Shown: positions 50,301 through 59,577, counted from the first letter of the stretch. The stretch is DNA of 64,000 bases from an uncultured archaeon (GCA_938083505.1 CALKCF010000006.1:1-64000); one strand, 5' to 3'. A program made the numbers and translations. The notes: generated by a model from the letters alone, not told the origin.

Positions 50301-50779
50301 TGGTCGAGGAGGAGAAATTGAGGGCTTTCTTCACAACGATGGAAAAAGTTTCTGAGAAGTTTGCGGCATACTTTAACAGGCTTACGAATGGTGTGGCTTG
50401 GCTTAGGCTTGTAGATGAGACAAAGCCGAGTGATTCTGGCGTTGAGGTTATAGTACAGTTTCCTGGAAAACCGCAGCGTTCTTTAAGAAGCGTTAGCGGT
50501 GGTGAGAGATCTGTTGCAGCCGTATCGCTTCTGATGGCACTACAGGGCCTCACACCCGCTGACTTTTACATCTTTGATGAGGTAGACGCTCATATGGATG
50601 TAGCCTACACTGTTGCGCTGGCTGAGCTGCTAAAGGAAATGTCGAAGAAGACGCAGATAATCATCGTAAGCCTCAAAGATGTGTTGGCCGAAAAGGCTGA
50701 CCAACTCATCGGCGTTTATATAGACAGAGGCGAATCTAGAATAATTAAGACAAAGTTGGAGGACGTTGCGGTTGACTGA
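47315..50779 (+). CDS. smc: Chromosome segregation protein SMC
   Basis: GFKSF, Walker A GPNGGGKSN, coiled coils around a central hinge, SGGE, FDEVDAHMD. Confidence 0.93.
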   Translation: MVYIKKLSLHGFKSFGQRKVTFELLKGLIVITGPNGGGKSNVLDAIRFVMGELSPHALRVGRLSELVHDDGKGRAAYARVSITLDNSEKALPIEADEVTITRKIYQNGESEYYINGRSASRGELLMLLSAANIRSSGYNILPQGAILNIAEMNPDDMRKLIEDVAGIAEYNRKKAEAEEQLAQADKNLEVAKASTSEVRARVKQLERERNQYLRRRNVEAEIAKLKTLQYKLEMEKISEALRMMQSKIASIAEQAHALEEMKQKVSAKLAEFNSNLRITENEMSEIERRLSEFVKARQETFEKIVKLRLDIKDSKNRVEILEKESAHLQQKIVELESATSLSEQELNELELKIAKCLSDKKQLEEEVTKMSDEVDRLRSAAKELERKLEEVKFLKIKEERARSEVYLKLENIKNIKEQMVREKEEVYEEIITTKNKIADIDEKIEKLLSEVRNTEDTVSKLNQELSKHTLLIGRYSDMLTRADVIINKAEAFITELKIRLASKPEDEESKKFEEFVRILADKFVDGVIGTLGSIVKSLPEYNEKLDMIIDEWTDAIVTENYAVTRFLSEMFTSLNFKGKLLTLNGNTAETGSDNLGKFQAWVREHIEFVNDFEVAYKKTVNGKIVVLDKGMVCYPGGFVKVVGSEKNRTNTLRAELEDLESYIKTVKLKLNEVRLKRDELTKKVESIRNEIQRQQTKLSSLDAEIKSLNAERKLLEKSLSQLMAKEKRINERIDALIKEEENVKKRLSEIVNVKPAEDELRLKMEKDFDLISSKLKLLESKYTELKVQLAEKSTTLKSLEELKRKLLNSIARYKLEMESLTRSLETNKLKVDEEEKLRIELESRLNSLEDELRRLDQEIESLSAKHKDMIKIRDEMRQMVSIQTEEESKISERLKALWSEQQEAKLESVKIESQLQMIMEKLSELGDVDVTELLALEPMLREQILMSLEAERDELSSVNQLAPEQYEALIGNYKLRSVRISELELERQEIINFIKMVEEEKLRAFFTTMEKVSEKFAAYFNRLTNGVAWLRLVDETKPSDSGVEVIVQFPGKPQRSLRSVSGGERSVAAVSLLMALQGLTPADFYIFDEVDAHMDVAYTVALAELLKEMSKKTQIIIVSLKDVLAEKADQLIGVYIDRGESRIIKTKLEDVAVD

Positions 50780-51422
50780 CATAGAATACGAAAGAATTCA
50801 ATGGGTTAGGTCTCCATGGCGCGTACTCTTCGACATTACAAACTGGGATAAATTAAGAGTTTGGGAGGTCAACTTAAGGGAATTGCTTAGGTCTTTACTC
50901 ATGGTGCTGAAAAGAAAGGAAGTGTTTGATTTTATTTCTTCAGGAATTGTAGTATACTCTGCAGCAACACTACATAGAATGAAGACAGAGAGATTACTCG
51001 CCGCTGACGAAGTGCCTGTAATAAAACAAAAGCAAGAATACTTCATACCCCCTCCTATAGTTCCACCATTGAGGGGTGAATTCGTGACAACCACCATACT
51101 TGAGTTGATTGATGCTCTTAAGCGTGTACTATCAGAGCCGTCACCACAACCTAAGCAAGACACCATTGAACAACAGCAACTGAACATTGAAGATTTTATA
51201 ATAAAAATCGAGGAGAAGATTGAGGAGTTTTACATTTTTATAAAAGAGGTGTTAAAAAACAAGGGAACCATAACGCTAGATGAGGTCATGAGCGGTGTTG
51301 ATAGATTAGAGGCTGTAAGACGTTTTATACTGCTCCTGTTTATTGCCTCAAGAGGTATGATCGCGATGACCGAAGATGATGATGGTAAAGTATTGATATC
51401 GTTAGGTGGTGCGCATGGATGA
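50766..51422 (+). CDS. scpA: Kleisin ScpA
   Basis: W.V.L N-terminal motif, C-terminal FILLLF winged helix; directly follows smc. Confidence 0.8.
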   Translation: MRLTDIEYERIQWVRSPWRVLFDITNWDKLRVWEVNLRELLRSLLMVLKRKEVFDFISSGIVVYSAATLHRMKTERLLAADEVPVIKQKQEYFIPPPIVPPLRGEFVTTTILELIDALKRVLSEPSPQPKQDTIEQQQLNIEDFIIKIEEKIEEFYIFIKEVLKNKGTITLDEVMSGVDRLEAVRRFILLLFIASRGMIAMTEDDDGKVLISLGGAHG

Positions 51423-51951
51423 AAAAAGGATGGCTTGGATGAAAGCGGTTATTGAGTCGTTGCTTTATGCATCTGACAAGCCGGTTGAGCTAAAAAGACT
51501 CATGGATGCTGTAGGCACTACTTCAAAAAGCATAATTAAGGAAATCATAAACGAAATATCTGCCGAATATGAGAACTCCAACCACCCATTTAGGATTAAA
51601 AAACTAGAAGGCGATAGGTATTTTTTGTGTTTAGCATCAGAGTACTCAAATATAGTTAGGAAGCATGTGAAGAAACCACTTTTGAGCATGGCACTGCTTA
51701 AAACATTATCATTCATTGCATACCATCAGCCGGTAAGCCAGGCCGTTCTGGTAGCGGCTAGAGGAAAGGAGGCGTATAAACATGTTAAGCAATTAATTGA
51801 GAAGGGGTTGGTTGAGGCGGAAAAATCCGGTAGAACTCTCCTACTCAAGACTACCCAACTGTTTGCAGACTATTTTAACCTCAAGAACGATCCCCGAGAA
51901 ATAAGAAAATATATAGAGGGGTTGCTGGAAAAAAGCTCTAGTAAAAGTTAA
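51406..51951 (+). CDS. scpB: Kite subunit ScpB
   Basis: IESLLYAS, LKTLSFIAYHQPV, TTQLFADYF. Confidence 0.9.
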   Translation: MVRMDEKRMAWMKAVIESLLYASDKPVELKRLMDAVGTTSKSIIKEIINEISAEYENSNHPFRIKKLEGDRYFLCLASEYSNIVRKHVKKPLLSMALLKTLSFIAYHQPVSQAVLVAARGKEAYKHVKQLIEKGLVEAEKSGRTLLLKTTQLFADYFNLKNDPREIRKYIEGLLEKSSSKS

Positions 51952-51978
51952 AAACTCCTTCTGTTTAAAGGAAGGAGC

Positions 51979-52371
51979 ATGGTACAGTGGCACACTGATA
52001 TACATAAACGAAAGCCAACCGGTGGTAAAAAAGTCCCGTACAGGAAGAAGAGGAGATATGAACGTGGAGGAGAGCCGACGTTAACCCTAATAGGTGATAG
52101 AAGGATAAAGATTAAAGATACTTTTGGTGGGGGAATTAAGATAGCAGTTGTTTCTGACAACGCAGTAAACGTTTACAACCCAATCACAAAAAGAGTTGAG
52201 AGGACTATTATAATCCGTGTCAAATCCAACCCTTCAAACAAAGACTACGAAAGAAGGGGTGTGATCACTAAGGGCTCGATCGTCGAAACGCCACTTGGGG
52301 ATGCAAAGGTTACATCAAGACCCGGTAGTGACGGTGTTATAAATGCGGTCCTGATAACCCCTGCCGGTTAA
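51979..52371 (+). CDS. rps8e: 30S ribosomal protein S8e
   Basis: RKPTGG, NPSN..Y.RR..ITKG, VTSRPG.DG. Confidence 0.95.
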   Translation: MVQWHTDIHKRKPTGGKKVPYRKKRRYERGGEPTLTLIGDRRIKIKDTFGGGIKIAVVSDNAVNVYNPITKRVERTIIIRVKSNPSNKDYERRGVITKGSIVETPLGDAKVTSRPGSDGVINAVLITPAG

Positions 52372-52392
52372 TCTCATGATAGGGTAGAAAAA

Positions 52393-52698
52393 GTGGTGTT
52401 CAGCATGATCAGGCGTGAAGGCTTCATAATATGGCCCGCGTACTTTGATAGGTCGCTTAGTCGGGGGGAGGGTAGAAGGGTTCCATTACGACTTTCGTCA
52501 AGGTCGCCAACGGTTGAAAGATTGAGTAAGGTTGCTCAGAAGCTTGGATGGTACATCAAAATTGAGGTTGCTGCCTATCCTAAAACGCATTGGAAAAAAA
52601 CAGGAAGGCTCATAGTTAAGCCAGACAAACCATTAAGCAAACAATCCGTCATTAGAGTTTTAGCACATGAGTTATTAAGGCAAGAAACTAAAGAATAA
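52393..52698 (+). CDS. srp19: Signal recognition particle protein SRP19
   Basis: IWPAYFD...SR.EGRRVP, YPK..W. Confidence 0.92.
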   Translation: MVFSMIRREGFIIWPAYFDRSLSRGEGRRVPLRLSSRSPTVERLSKVAQKLGWYIKIEVAAYPKTHWKKTGRLIVKPDKPLSKQSVIRVLAHELLRQETKE

Positions 52699-52733
52699 AA
52701 AATCTTAAATGTAAGCAGTTATAAATACTAGGT

Positions 52734-52973
52734 ATGTCTAAGCTTAAACATGGACCTCTACTTTTAGGTACTCTTCTTCACAGTATAGATAACGAGCTTG
52801 TATTGAAGGGAAAGATTGTTCCAAAACCAGGAGTTAAAGTTTACGATGAGGAGCTTAAACATGTTGGCTACGTTTCAAACGTTTTTGGACCAGTCAATTC
52901 GCACTTTGTGACCATAAAGTTTACAACTGAGAGGCAATATTCACAGGGTTCAAAATTTTACATTATGGAGTGA
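52734..52973 (+). CDS. gar1: H/ACA RNP protein Gar1
   Basis: VYD....VG.V..VFGPV pattern; context between srp19 and tfb. Confidence 0.8.
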   Translation: MSKLKHGPLLLGTLLHSIDNELVLKGKIVPKPGVKVYDEELKHVGYVSNVFGPVNSHFVTIKFTTERQYSQGSKFYIME

Positions 52974-52979
52974 ATTTTT

Positions 52980-53909
52980 TTGTCACGGGTTGTGCATGAC
53001 GAAACGGCAACAAGATGTCCTGAGTGTGGTAGCTCGAATCTATTGTTTGATAAGTCTAGCGGCGAAGTCGTTTGTGTGGATTGCGGCTTTGTTATAGTTA
53101 ACGTCACAGCAGACTTAGGACCAGAATGGAGAAGTTTTGACCAAGATAAGGATGGAAAAAGGACGCGAGTAGGTGCTCCGATAACTTTAGTCATGTACGA
53201 TCTGGGTCTTTCGACCAAGATAGGATGTAGGGATGTAAAAGGTAAGAACATTTCGGAACTGCAGGCTGGAGTATTATCCGTTATTAAGAAATGTGAGAAA
53301 AGGACAATGATAAACGGTGCCGCAAGAAGCTCCATAAGGGGTCTATCAGAGATTGCAACTATATGTCTGAAGTTAGGTCTGCCGACAAACGTGATGGAAA
53401 CGGCGAGCCTCATATACAGAAAATTAGTAAAGAGGAGTGTGATGCGTGGCAGGTCCATAAGAAACACGGCAGCCGCTACTGTTTACCTAGCTTGTAAGCA
53501 ATGCGGTATTCCTAGGATGCTAAGCGAGATAGCTATGGCATTAAATTTAAATAAAAAGGAGATAATGAAATGTTACCGATTCCTTATTAACAAATTGAAC
53601 ATAACATCACCTTCATCGGATACCAAACTGTACGTTTCAAGGTTTGTTAATAATTTTAAGATAAGGGGTGACGTTGAGAGGCTGGCAATCGAGATGCTGG
53701 AACATGCAAGGACGTGCGGCCTAATAGATGGTAGAGGCCCTGTAGGTCTGGCAGCAGCTGCGACATATTTGGCTGCAACCCTTATGGGTTACAAGCTAAC
53801 TCAACGAGAAGTTGCCGAGGTTGCGAAGGTGACCGAAGTAACCATTAGGAACAGGTATAAGGAGTTGTTGGAAAATACTAGAATATATCTCGAGCTGGAG
53901 GTCGAATAG
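52980..53909 (+). CDS. tfb: Transcription initiation factor B (divergent linker)
   Basis: CPECG...CVDCG zinc ribbon, GPEWRSF, two cyclin repeats, VTEVTIRNRYKEL. Confidence 0.93.
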   Translation: MSRVVHDETATRCPECGSSNLLFDKSSGEVVCVDCGFVIVNVTADLGPEWRSFDQDKDGKRTRVGAPITLVMYDLGLSTKIGCRDVKGKNISELQAGVLSVIKKCEKRTMINGAARSSIRGLSEIATICLKLGLPTNVMETASLIYRKLVKRSVMRGRSIRNTAAATVYLACKQCGIPRMLSEIAMALNLNKKEIMKCYRFLINKLNITSPSSDTKLYVSRFVNNFKIRGDVERLAIEMLEHARTCGLIDGRGPVGLAAAATYLAATLMGYKLTQREVAEVAKVTEVTIRNRYKELLENTRIYLELEVE

Positions 53910-54003
53910 TGTTTAAATATTACTAACAAAAATATCTATATTATTGAAGTAGTTTTAGGATAAAAATCCAGTTTAATAATATACGAAATGCGGTGTAATA
54001 AGA

Positions 54004-54375
54004 ATGCAGATGAAGATGACAAAACTTGAAGAGCGGGCAATAAAGCTTTTGCTGAAGTATGAGGATAGGGGCATACTCCAATCTGAACTCTGGCATAAGC
54101 TCGGTGTTACAAGTAGAGAAGGTTCTAGGATAGCGATAAAATTGGAAAAGAAAGGAATAGTAAAGCGGGTTAAGGAGTTTGCAAATGATAGATGGACAAG
54201 AAGACTAGTCCCCCTGATAAAGCAACTGAGTATCGACCCCATCAAAGGAGCCCCATGCCCCTCGTGTGCGCATGAGAACGCATGCGGTTTGGATAGGATG
54301 GTGACACCTTACACATGTGTGCGGTTAGAGGAATGGATACTTGGGCAAAATCCTTCCCTAGCTGGTCAGGTTTAA
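54004..54375 (+). CDS. tfeB: TFE beta subunit (RPC34-like winged helix with C-terminal Fe-S Cys cluster)
   Basis: GILQSELW..L...SREGSR...KLEKKG winged helix; PCPSC.....C........C..LEEW; downstream of tfb. Confidence 0.8.
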   Translation: MQMKMTKLEERAIKLLLKYEDRGILQSELWHKLGVTSREGSRIAIKLEKKGIVKRVKEFANDRWTRRLVPLIKQLSIDPIKGAPCPSCAHENACGLDRMVTPYTCVRLEEWILGQNPSLAGQV

Positions 54376-54379
54376 TAAG

Positions 54380-54979
54380 ATGCTTAGAAAACACCCTTCT
54401 AGGAATCATTACACTACGCTGGCAAAAAAGCTAGGACTATTTTCAAGAGCAGCATTTAAGCTCCAGCATGTGCAGAAGAGGTACGGTTTTCTAAAACCAG
54501 GCGATAAGGTCATAATATTAGGCTCGGCACCTGGAGGGATGACACAATTAGCGGCCAAGTATGTCGGTCCACGAGGTCTCGTTGTCGCCGTGGACGTGAA
54601 ACCCCAAGATTTGAAGATTGCGAACAACGTCATAAACATGATCTCGGACGTTCTTGACCCTAACATAATCGAAAGGATAAAGGAAGCGTTGAAGGGCGAG
54701 CTAGCCGATAAGTTGATATCAGATTTGGCACCGAATTTAACGGGCATTAAAGAAATAGACATACCGAAACAGCTTGAACTTGTCGAATCTACCCTAAGGA
54801 TAGCAGGTGAGCTACTCCGTAAAGGTGGCGATCTTTATCTAAAACTTTTTGAAAGCCCTGAGGTGAAAGACATTGAGAAGAGTTTACGTCATAGTTTTCA
54901 AAAGGTTAAGCGGATCGTTCCGATAGCCACTAGAAAACATAGCTCCGAGATATTTCTATTGGCGTTAGATAAAAAATGA
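54380..54979 (+). CDS. rlmE: 23S rRNA 2'-O-methyltransferase RlmE/FtsJ
   Basis: SRAAFKL, LGSAPGG, SDLAPN, K-D-K-E tetrad ending SSE. Confidence 0.88.
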   Translation: MLRKHPSRNHYTTLAKKLGLFSRAAFKLQHVQKRYGFLKPGDKVIILGSAPGGMTQLAAKYVGPRGLVVAVDVKPQDLKIANNVINMISDVLDPNIIERIKEALKGELADKLISDLAPNLTGIKEIDIPKQLELVESTLRIAGELLRKGGDLYLKLFESPEVKDIEKSLRHSFQKVKRIVPIATRKHSSEIFLLALDKK

Positions 54980-54993
54980 AGCAATTCTTTTGA

Positions 54994-56196
54994 TTAAGCT
55001 TCAGATGATGTAAGTTTGAGAAAGACACGTTCAATAACCTCACGTGGAGCATCGGTCTTAAAGCCCTGTCCGTCGAAGTGCGTTAGTGATGCATTAAAGC
55101 CAAGAGAATGAAGCCTATCCACAACATCAGCAGGTTTTGGTACCCTTGACTTAAGCCTCTTGCCGATCTCGTCAACCCTATAGTAAAATGGGACAGTCTG
55201 GAGCTCGTCTGAAATCTTTCTCAGCAAATTGTAGGCATCCTTCATGTCGGCCTCATACACAATCCCTAACATCTTTAAGGCAAAGTCCTTGGAGGTCAAC
55301 TCTCCGAGCCATAAAGGGCCGAAAACCCTCGGGTTTGACTTGCAAACTTCGCATAGTTTAAAGGGCTCGAAGTAGCTCGACCACTGGATGTTGCCGCATG
55401 ATTTGCATTCAAACATCCATCCGATGTTCTTAAATGATTCTTTGGCCAACGTCTTGCCATAGGTTAGCCTCACGAACGTCCTGATGTAATGCCTTCTGTA
55501 AAAAGTCAAAACCGGAGAGATACCCATCCCGACCCTTGCTGCAGTCCGTGTCACAAAGCCCACCAAAATCCTCGCAGCCATTTCCTTTGAGTACGGTGAC
55601 ATGTAGGGCATGGCATCGTACTTTCTAATGCATGAAGGAACATCCGTTCCGCAAAGGGATGCTAAATCAGTCGCCGTAACGCCAAGCAAACCGCCGCTTT
55701 GGCACGAACGTATTGCATTCTCGAGGAAGGGTGCAGGCGAACCTGCAGGGTCAACATCCACGTAGTCAAACCTAAGCCTTTTGGAGGAGTGCGCCGCAAG
55801 GAATGCGTTAGCATCAAGGTTGTAAACTTCAGTTATATCCGTCAAGCCTGCCATCTCCACGTTCTTCCTCATCAAAGAGTAAGCAAACTTGTTTATGTCG
55901 TTCAGAACGAGCTTTGAGACGGTTCCCGTCTCAACGGTTATCCTTATACCCCTGACGCCACAACCAGCCAAGGGTTCGCAGATCCTTATGCCCTTCCTAT
56001 CAAAGTACGCCCTGACGGCCAGGACGGCCATATCGCGTGATAGCTTAGAATGCGGGTTAAAGAAGACAGGCATACCGCTCGGCGAAACAGCCTTCTCCCA
56101 ACCTTCTGGGAGAACCGGAGCTAAGAACCTAACCTTTCCTTCATCGTAAACCATAGTTGGAAATTCCAGACCTTTCTCATCCAACTTGCGAGCCAC
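54994..56196 (-). CDS. trm1: tRNA (guanine26-N2)-dimethyltransferase
   Basis: VFFNP....RD, G.RGIR, DVDP.GSP, TATD, GPLW.G. Confidence 0.93.
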   Translation of the reverse strand: MARKLDEKGLEFPTMVYDEGKVRFLAPVLPEGWEKAVSPSGMPVFFNPHSKLSRDMAVLAVRAYFDRKGIRICEPLAGCGVRGIRITVETGTVSKLVLNDINKFAYSLMRKNVEMAGLTDITEVYNLDANAFLAAHSSKRLRFDYVDVDPAGSPAPFLENAIRSCQSGGLLGVTATDLASLCGTDVPSCIRKYDAMPYMSPYSKEMAARILVGFVTRTAARVGMGISPVLTFYRRHYIRTFVRLTYGKTLAKESFKNIGWMFECKSCGNIQWSSYFEPFKLCEVCKSNPRVFGPLWLGELTSKDFALKMLGIVYEADMKDAYNLLRKISDELQTVPFYYRVDEIGKRLKSRVPKPADVVDRLHSLGFNASLTHFDGQGFKTDAPREVIERVFLKLTSSEA

Positions 56197-56737
56197 CCCT
56201 TAGTATACTCTTGATATTATCCGCCAGCTCCGCAGGCAGCTTATCCCGGTTGTCAGGAGTCACCACTATGCTCTTTCCACCAACGAGCTTCCTTATCTCA
56301 CCGAGTAGCTCATCGCTCGCCCTATGGTGTATCGTAAGAACGATAGGTTTGTCTTTAGCTAAAAGCTTCCTCACGGCCTCTTTGAATCTATGGCTCTTTA
56401 GCTCCATCGGCCCAACCTCGTCCACGACAACGACGTCGAATTTGTTGACTGATTCTATAGCCCTGACACCGAATTCCTCTAAGCCCTTCAAGTTGACCAC
56501 ATACTTGCCAACCCTCGGTCCAGAACCGTAACCTACCCAAGCTAGCTTACCGACCCTACCTGTGGCAATGTCCACTATCTCGAACCCTACCCTAATCCCA
56601 GAAGACCTAACTTCCCTTGTATATATCCCTCCTACGCTGAACCCCATGCGTTTCAGAATCTCGACGAGTTTTAATACAATGGTCGTCTTGCCGCTACCCG
56701 GAGCTCCCGTGATTACGAACAACTTTTCGACGCCCAT
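56177..56737 (-). CDS. Nucleoside-triphosphatase (THEP1/NTPase_1)
   Basis: TGAPGSGKTT, R.GF, VGKY.V, VDEVGPME. Confidence 0.9.
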   Translation of the reverse strand: MGVEKLFVITGAPGSGKTTIVLKLVEILKRMGFSVGGIYTREVRSSGIRVGFEIVDIATGRVGKLAWVGYGSGPRVGKYVVNLKGLEEFGVRAIESVNKFDVVVVDEVGPMELKSHRFKEAVRKLLAKDKPIVLTIHHRASDELLGEIRKLVGGKSIVVTPDNRDKLPAELADNIKSILRGGSQVG

Positions 56738-56740
56738 AAA

Positions 56741-57397
56741 CTACACATCTCCAAAACCGTCCAGCTTTTTTTGTAATAATTTATCGATAGTCCTCCACCC
56801 TTTCCTTACGCAGGATGGGACCTCGCCTTTGTCCCTTAGGCATCTACTTATGAAATCGATAGTTCTCTTGTCCGAGGAATACCCGGAGCCTAAATTCCCG
56901 TAGACCTCTGACAACTTTGCTATTATAGCATCTCTTTTTACTTTTGCAAGGATCGAGGCGGCCGCAACGATCTCGTAGCGGGAGTCCGCCTTATGCTCAC
57001 ATATGATTCGGGGTGAGTAGTCTAGCATTGCCAAAATCCTTTCTGCATACCTGGCAGGCTTTATGTCCGGAGAATCTATATACACTACGTCCGGCCTGAG
57101 GTTCTTTATGATTTCTGCCGCCGCATTTACCTCCAGCATGTTTATGCTAAGTCCGGACCTCCTCCTTAGATACCTGTCCACCTCAGCGGCATCCAAGACG
57201 ACATCGTAAACTCTAATGTTCATGTTCAAGATTTTTTGGTAAAGCGTCTCTCTCGATCTCTTACTCAAGCTTTTTGAATCCCTGACATCCATTTCCTTTA
57301 GTAATGAAGTATCCTTCTCGTGTATCGATATGCCTAAGACCACCAAAGGTCCGATTACCGAGCCCCTACCAGCTTCATCTATACCACAGACAATCAT
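56741..57397 (-). CDS. rnhB: Ribonuclease HII
   Basis: GIDEAGRG, DSK, HKAD, AASILAKV.RD, GSGY. Confidence 0.95.
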   Translation of the reverse strand: MIVCGIDEAGRGSVIGPLVVLGISIHEKDTSLLKEMDVRDSKSLSKRSRETLYQKILNMNIRVYDVVLDAAEVDRYLRRRSGLSINMLEVNAAAEIIKNLRPDVVYIDSPDIKPARYAERILAMLDYSPRIICEHKADSRYEIVAAASILAKVKRDAIIAKLSEVYGNLGSGYSSDKRTIDFISRCLRDKGEVPSCVRKGWRTIDKLLQKKLDGFGDV

Positions 57398-57399
57398 TT

Positions 57400-58113
57400 T
57401 TATTTTTGTCTTTTCGGTGAGTATTTTGCCAAGACCATAATATGGTCCTGCTCATACTTTTCCAAGTCGACTTTCTCAAGCACGACGAAACCGTTGCTCT
57501 CCAGCACCGCAATCTCTTGCTTGTAAACTTTGCTGGGTTCTTCAACACTATCTATGCTCCTCGCCTTTATTGCTATCATGGCCAACCCACCATCCTTTAG
57601 CATAAGCCTGGAATTCTCGACCAGTATCTTAGCCTGTTCCGGCTGAGCGATGTCACAATAGATGAAATCTACTTGGCCCACGATAGATTTGTAAGTTGCG
57701 GGAAATCTGGCGTCTGTGTATATTGCTATGACGTTCTTTCTCCTATCGGCGACGTTACGCTTAAACTGTGCCAAAACCATCGGTGCAAAATCGATGCCGT
57801 AAAGCATGCCCTTCTCGCCGATTATGTCGGAGACGTGACTTGCGGTCGTCCCTGACGCAACACCTAGGTACAGTACCTTACATCCTGACCTAATACCTAT
57901 TTCCTTAATACCTGAGAGAATTGCGGCCGCTAGCTTGCTCCTATAAGGAATCCATTCTCGGTACTCCTCATCTCCTACCCTGAATAACCTTTCACCATAT
58001 ACCCTGAAGCCCTTATCCAGGTTTCTGGTCATGAGTATCTTCTCATCATCCAAATAAGCCCAATATACGCCGTCAAACTTCTCATGCTTCTTAACGCTTA
58101 ACACTCTAACCAC
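57400..58113 (-). CDS. flpA: Fibrillarin (box C/D 2'-O-methyltransferase)
   Basis: YREW.P.RSKL, LYLG.ASGTT.SH, DIAQPEQ, KARSID. Confidence 0.95.
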   Translation of the reverse strand: MVRVLSVKKHEKFDGVYWAYLDDEKILMTRNLDKGFRVYGERLFRVGDEEYREWIPYRSKLAAAILSGIKEIGIRSGCKVLYLGVASGTTASHVSDIIGEKGMLYGIDFAPMVLAQFKRNVADRRKNVIAIYTDARFPATYKSIVGQVDFIYCDIAQPEQAKILVENSRLMLKDGGLAMIAIKARSIDSVEEPSKVYKQEIAVLESNGFVVLEKVDLEKYEQDHIMVLAKYSPKRQK

Positions 58114-58125
58114 CCAAAAGATCCT

Positions 58126-59319
58126 TTAGCTCTTTCGTGACCCTTTAACCTTTTTTACCTTCTTCTCACGCTTAGGGGGTTCTGCGTATTTTATCCTTAT
58201 CTCTTTTATCCTATCTTCCAAAGTCTTCCTAAGTTCAGCACTTCTGTCTTCACGGGAAAAGTAGTCTATGCGTGCAGCTATGGATATTTTAGCCGCGAGC
58301 ACTCTAGCTATTTTACCTCTCTGCCATTTGGGCGAAGTATGCACGTATGGATGCTGGAATATTAACCCGTGCTTTGGCGCACCTCTACCAGTCTTAAGAA
58401 AACGGAAGAGTGCCTTTTCAGCGCCGAGTACCTGTATTGTGCTCGCAGGCATCCTAGCAAGCTTCTCCAAACCTCCTGCCAAAGCCAACAGCTTAGACCC
58501 AAGTATTGGTCCTGCTATGGCGGTCAAATTCGGTGCCTCGAGGCTCATGAGTGACCTTATATAATTTTCCAAATCCTTTCGGAGTTGTATTAACCTTAGG
58601 CCCTCTTCGGCGAATCTTTTTATGTATTCTTCGTCTTGCTCTAGTAGACTGGCACCGACGGACTTTTCCTTTGCCATGAGTATCTCTCTCAACCTTTTAT
58701 GACCCGGAATGATTTTTGAGAGGTTTTCTTCATTTATCCTATCCTTCAGGCCTAATTTCGTTACGATTTTTAGATAATCTTCAGGGTCGTCAATCAAGTC
58801 GTTTAGCTCAGGAAAGTGGATGCCATACCACTCTCTGCAGCCCATGTAAATGGTGTTTATCTGCTTCTCGATATTCTCATGAGCATGAACTGCTGGTATG
58901 ATGAGCACATCCCTTCTACTTATTGCGACCTTGAGACTGAGTGCTAAAGCGACGTCGCAAATCATTTTTACTCTTTGTTCATATTCTTCCCGACTGCTGA
59001 CAAGTTCGTTCTTCAAGAATAAGGATTCCAAGTCCACGGGCTCTGGCTCCACATACTTCACGCTCACAGCAGTACCTTCCATCAATTTACTCAGCGACTC
59101 AAAGATCTTCGGGTTTTCGACGGTCAGTAGGTAATAGCCCTTGTCCGCTAATTCTTTGATTAGCTCCTTTATGTCAGGGGGGAGCACCCCATTCTGTACT
59201 TTTAGGTAAACCTTTGCAGCCTCGTTAAGGTCGTCACTATAACTGCGAAAGCTTATGATCTTATCACCATCCAAGGCCACTATGCCTAACGGGCTTGCTA
59301 AGATACGCGTTGTAGCCAT
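58126..59319 (-). CDS. nop5: Box C/D sRNP protein Nop5 (Nop56/58)
   Basis: REWYG.HFPEL, PASTIQVLGAEKALF, PKHG.IFQ. Confidence 0.95.
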   Translation of the reverse strand: MATTRILASPLGIVALDGDKIISFRSYSDDLNEAAKVYLKVQNGVLPPDIKELIKELADKGYYLLTVENPKIFESLSKLMEGTAVSVKYVEPEPVDLESLFLKNELVSSREEYEQRVKMICDVALALSLKVAISRRDVLIIPAVHAHENIEKQINTIYMGCREWYGIHFPELNDLIDDPEDYLKIVTKLGLKDRINEENLSKIIPGHKRLREILMAKEKSVGASLLEQDEEYIKRFAEEGLRLIQLRKDLENYIRSLMSLEAPNLTAIAGPILGSKLLALAGGLEKLARMPASTIQVLGAEKALFRFLKTGRGAPKHGLIFQHPYVHTSPKWQRGKIARVLAAKISIAARIDYFSREDRSAELRKTLEDRIKEIRIKYAEPPKREKKVKKVKGSRKS

Positions 59320-59409
59320 ATTAATTCAAGATAAACTCTATGTATTACAATATAGCTGTTGTCATAAGATATAAATGGACGGGCGAATATGTAATCCCGG
59401 GAATTTGAT

Positions 59410-59577
59410 ATGCCAAGCCATGGGTCCGTGACTAAGGCTGGTAAGGTCAGGTCCCAAACGCCAAAGTTAGAGGCAAAACCGAGAAGTAGCCCAATCCCTA
59501 GGATAAGGAACAGGAACAACTACAGGCTGAGGGTGCTGGAAGCTAAACCGTCGGAGGAAAGGAGCATCCAGGAGTAG
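59410..59577 (+). CDS. rps30e: 30S ribosomal protein S30e (not in the ORF track)
   Basis: Manual translation MPSHGSVTKAGKVRSQTPKLEAKPRSSPIPRIRNRNNY...; 55 aa. Confidence 0.92.
   Translation: MPSHGSVTKAGKVRSQTPKLEAKPRSSPIPRIRNRNNYRLRVLEAKPSEERSIQE

Noticed and set aside
59298-59519. 73-aa hydrophobic minus-strand ORF
   Set aside because: It is the shadow of rps30e on the + strand.
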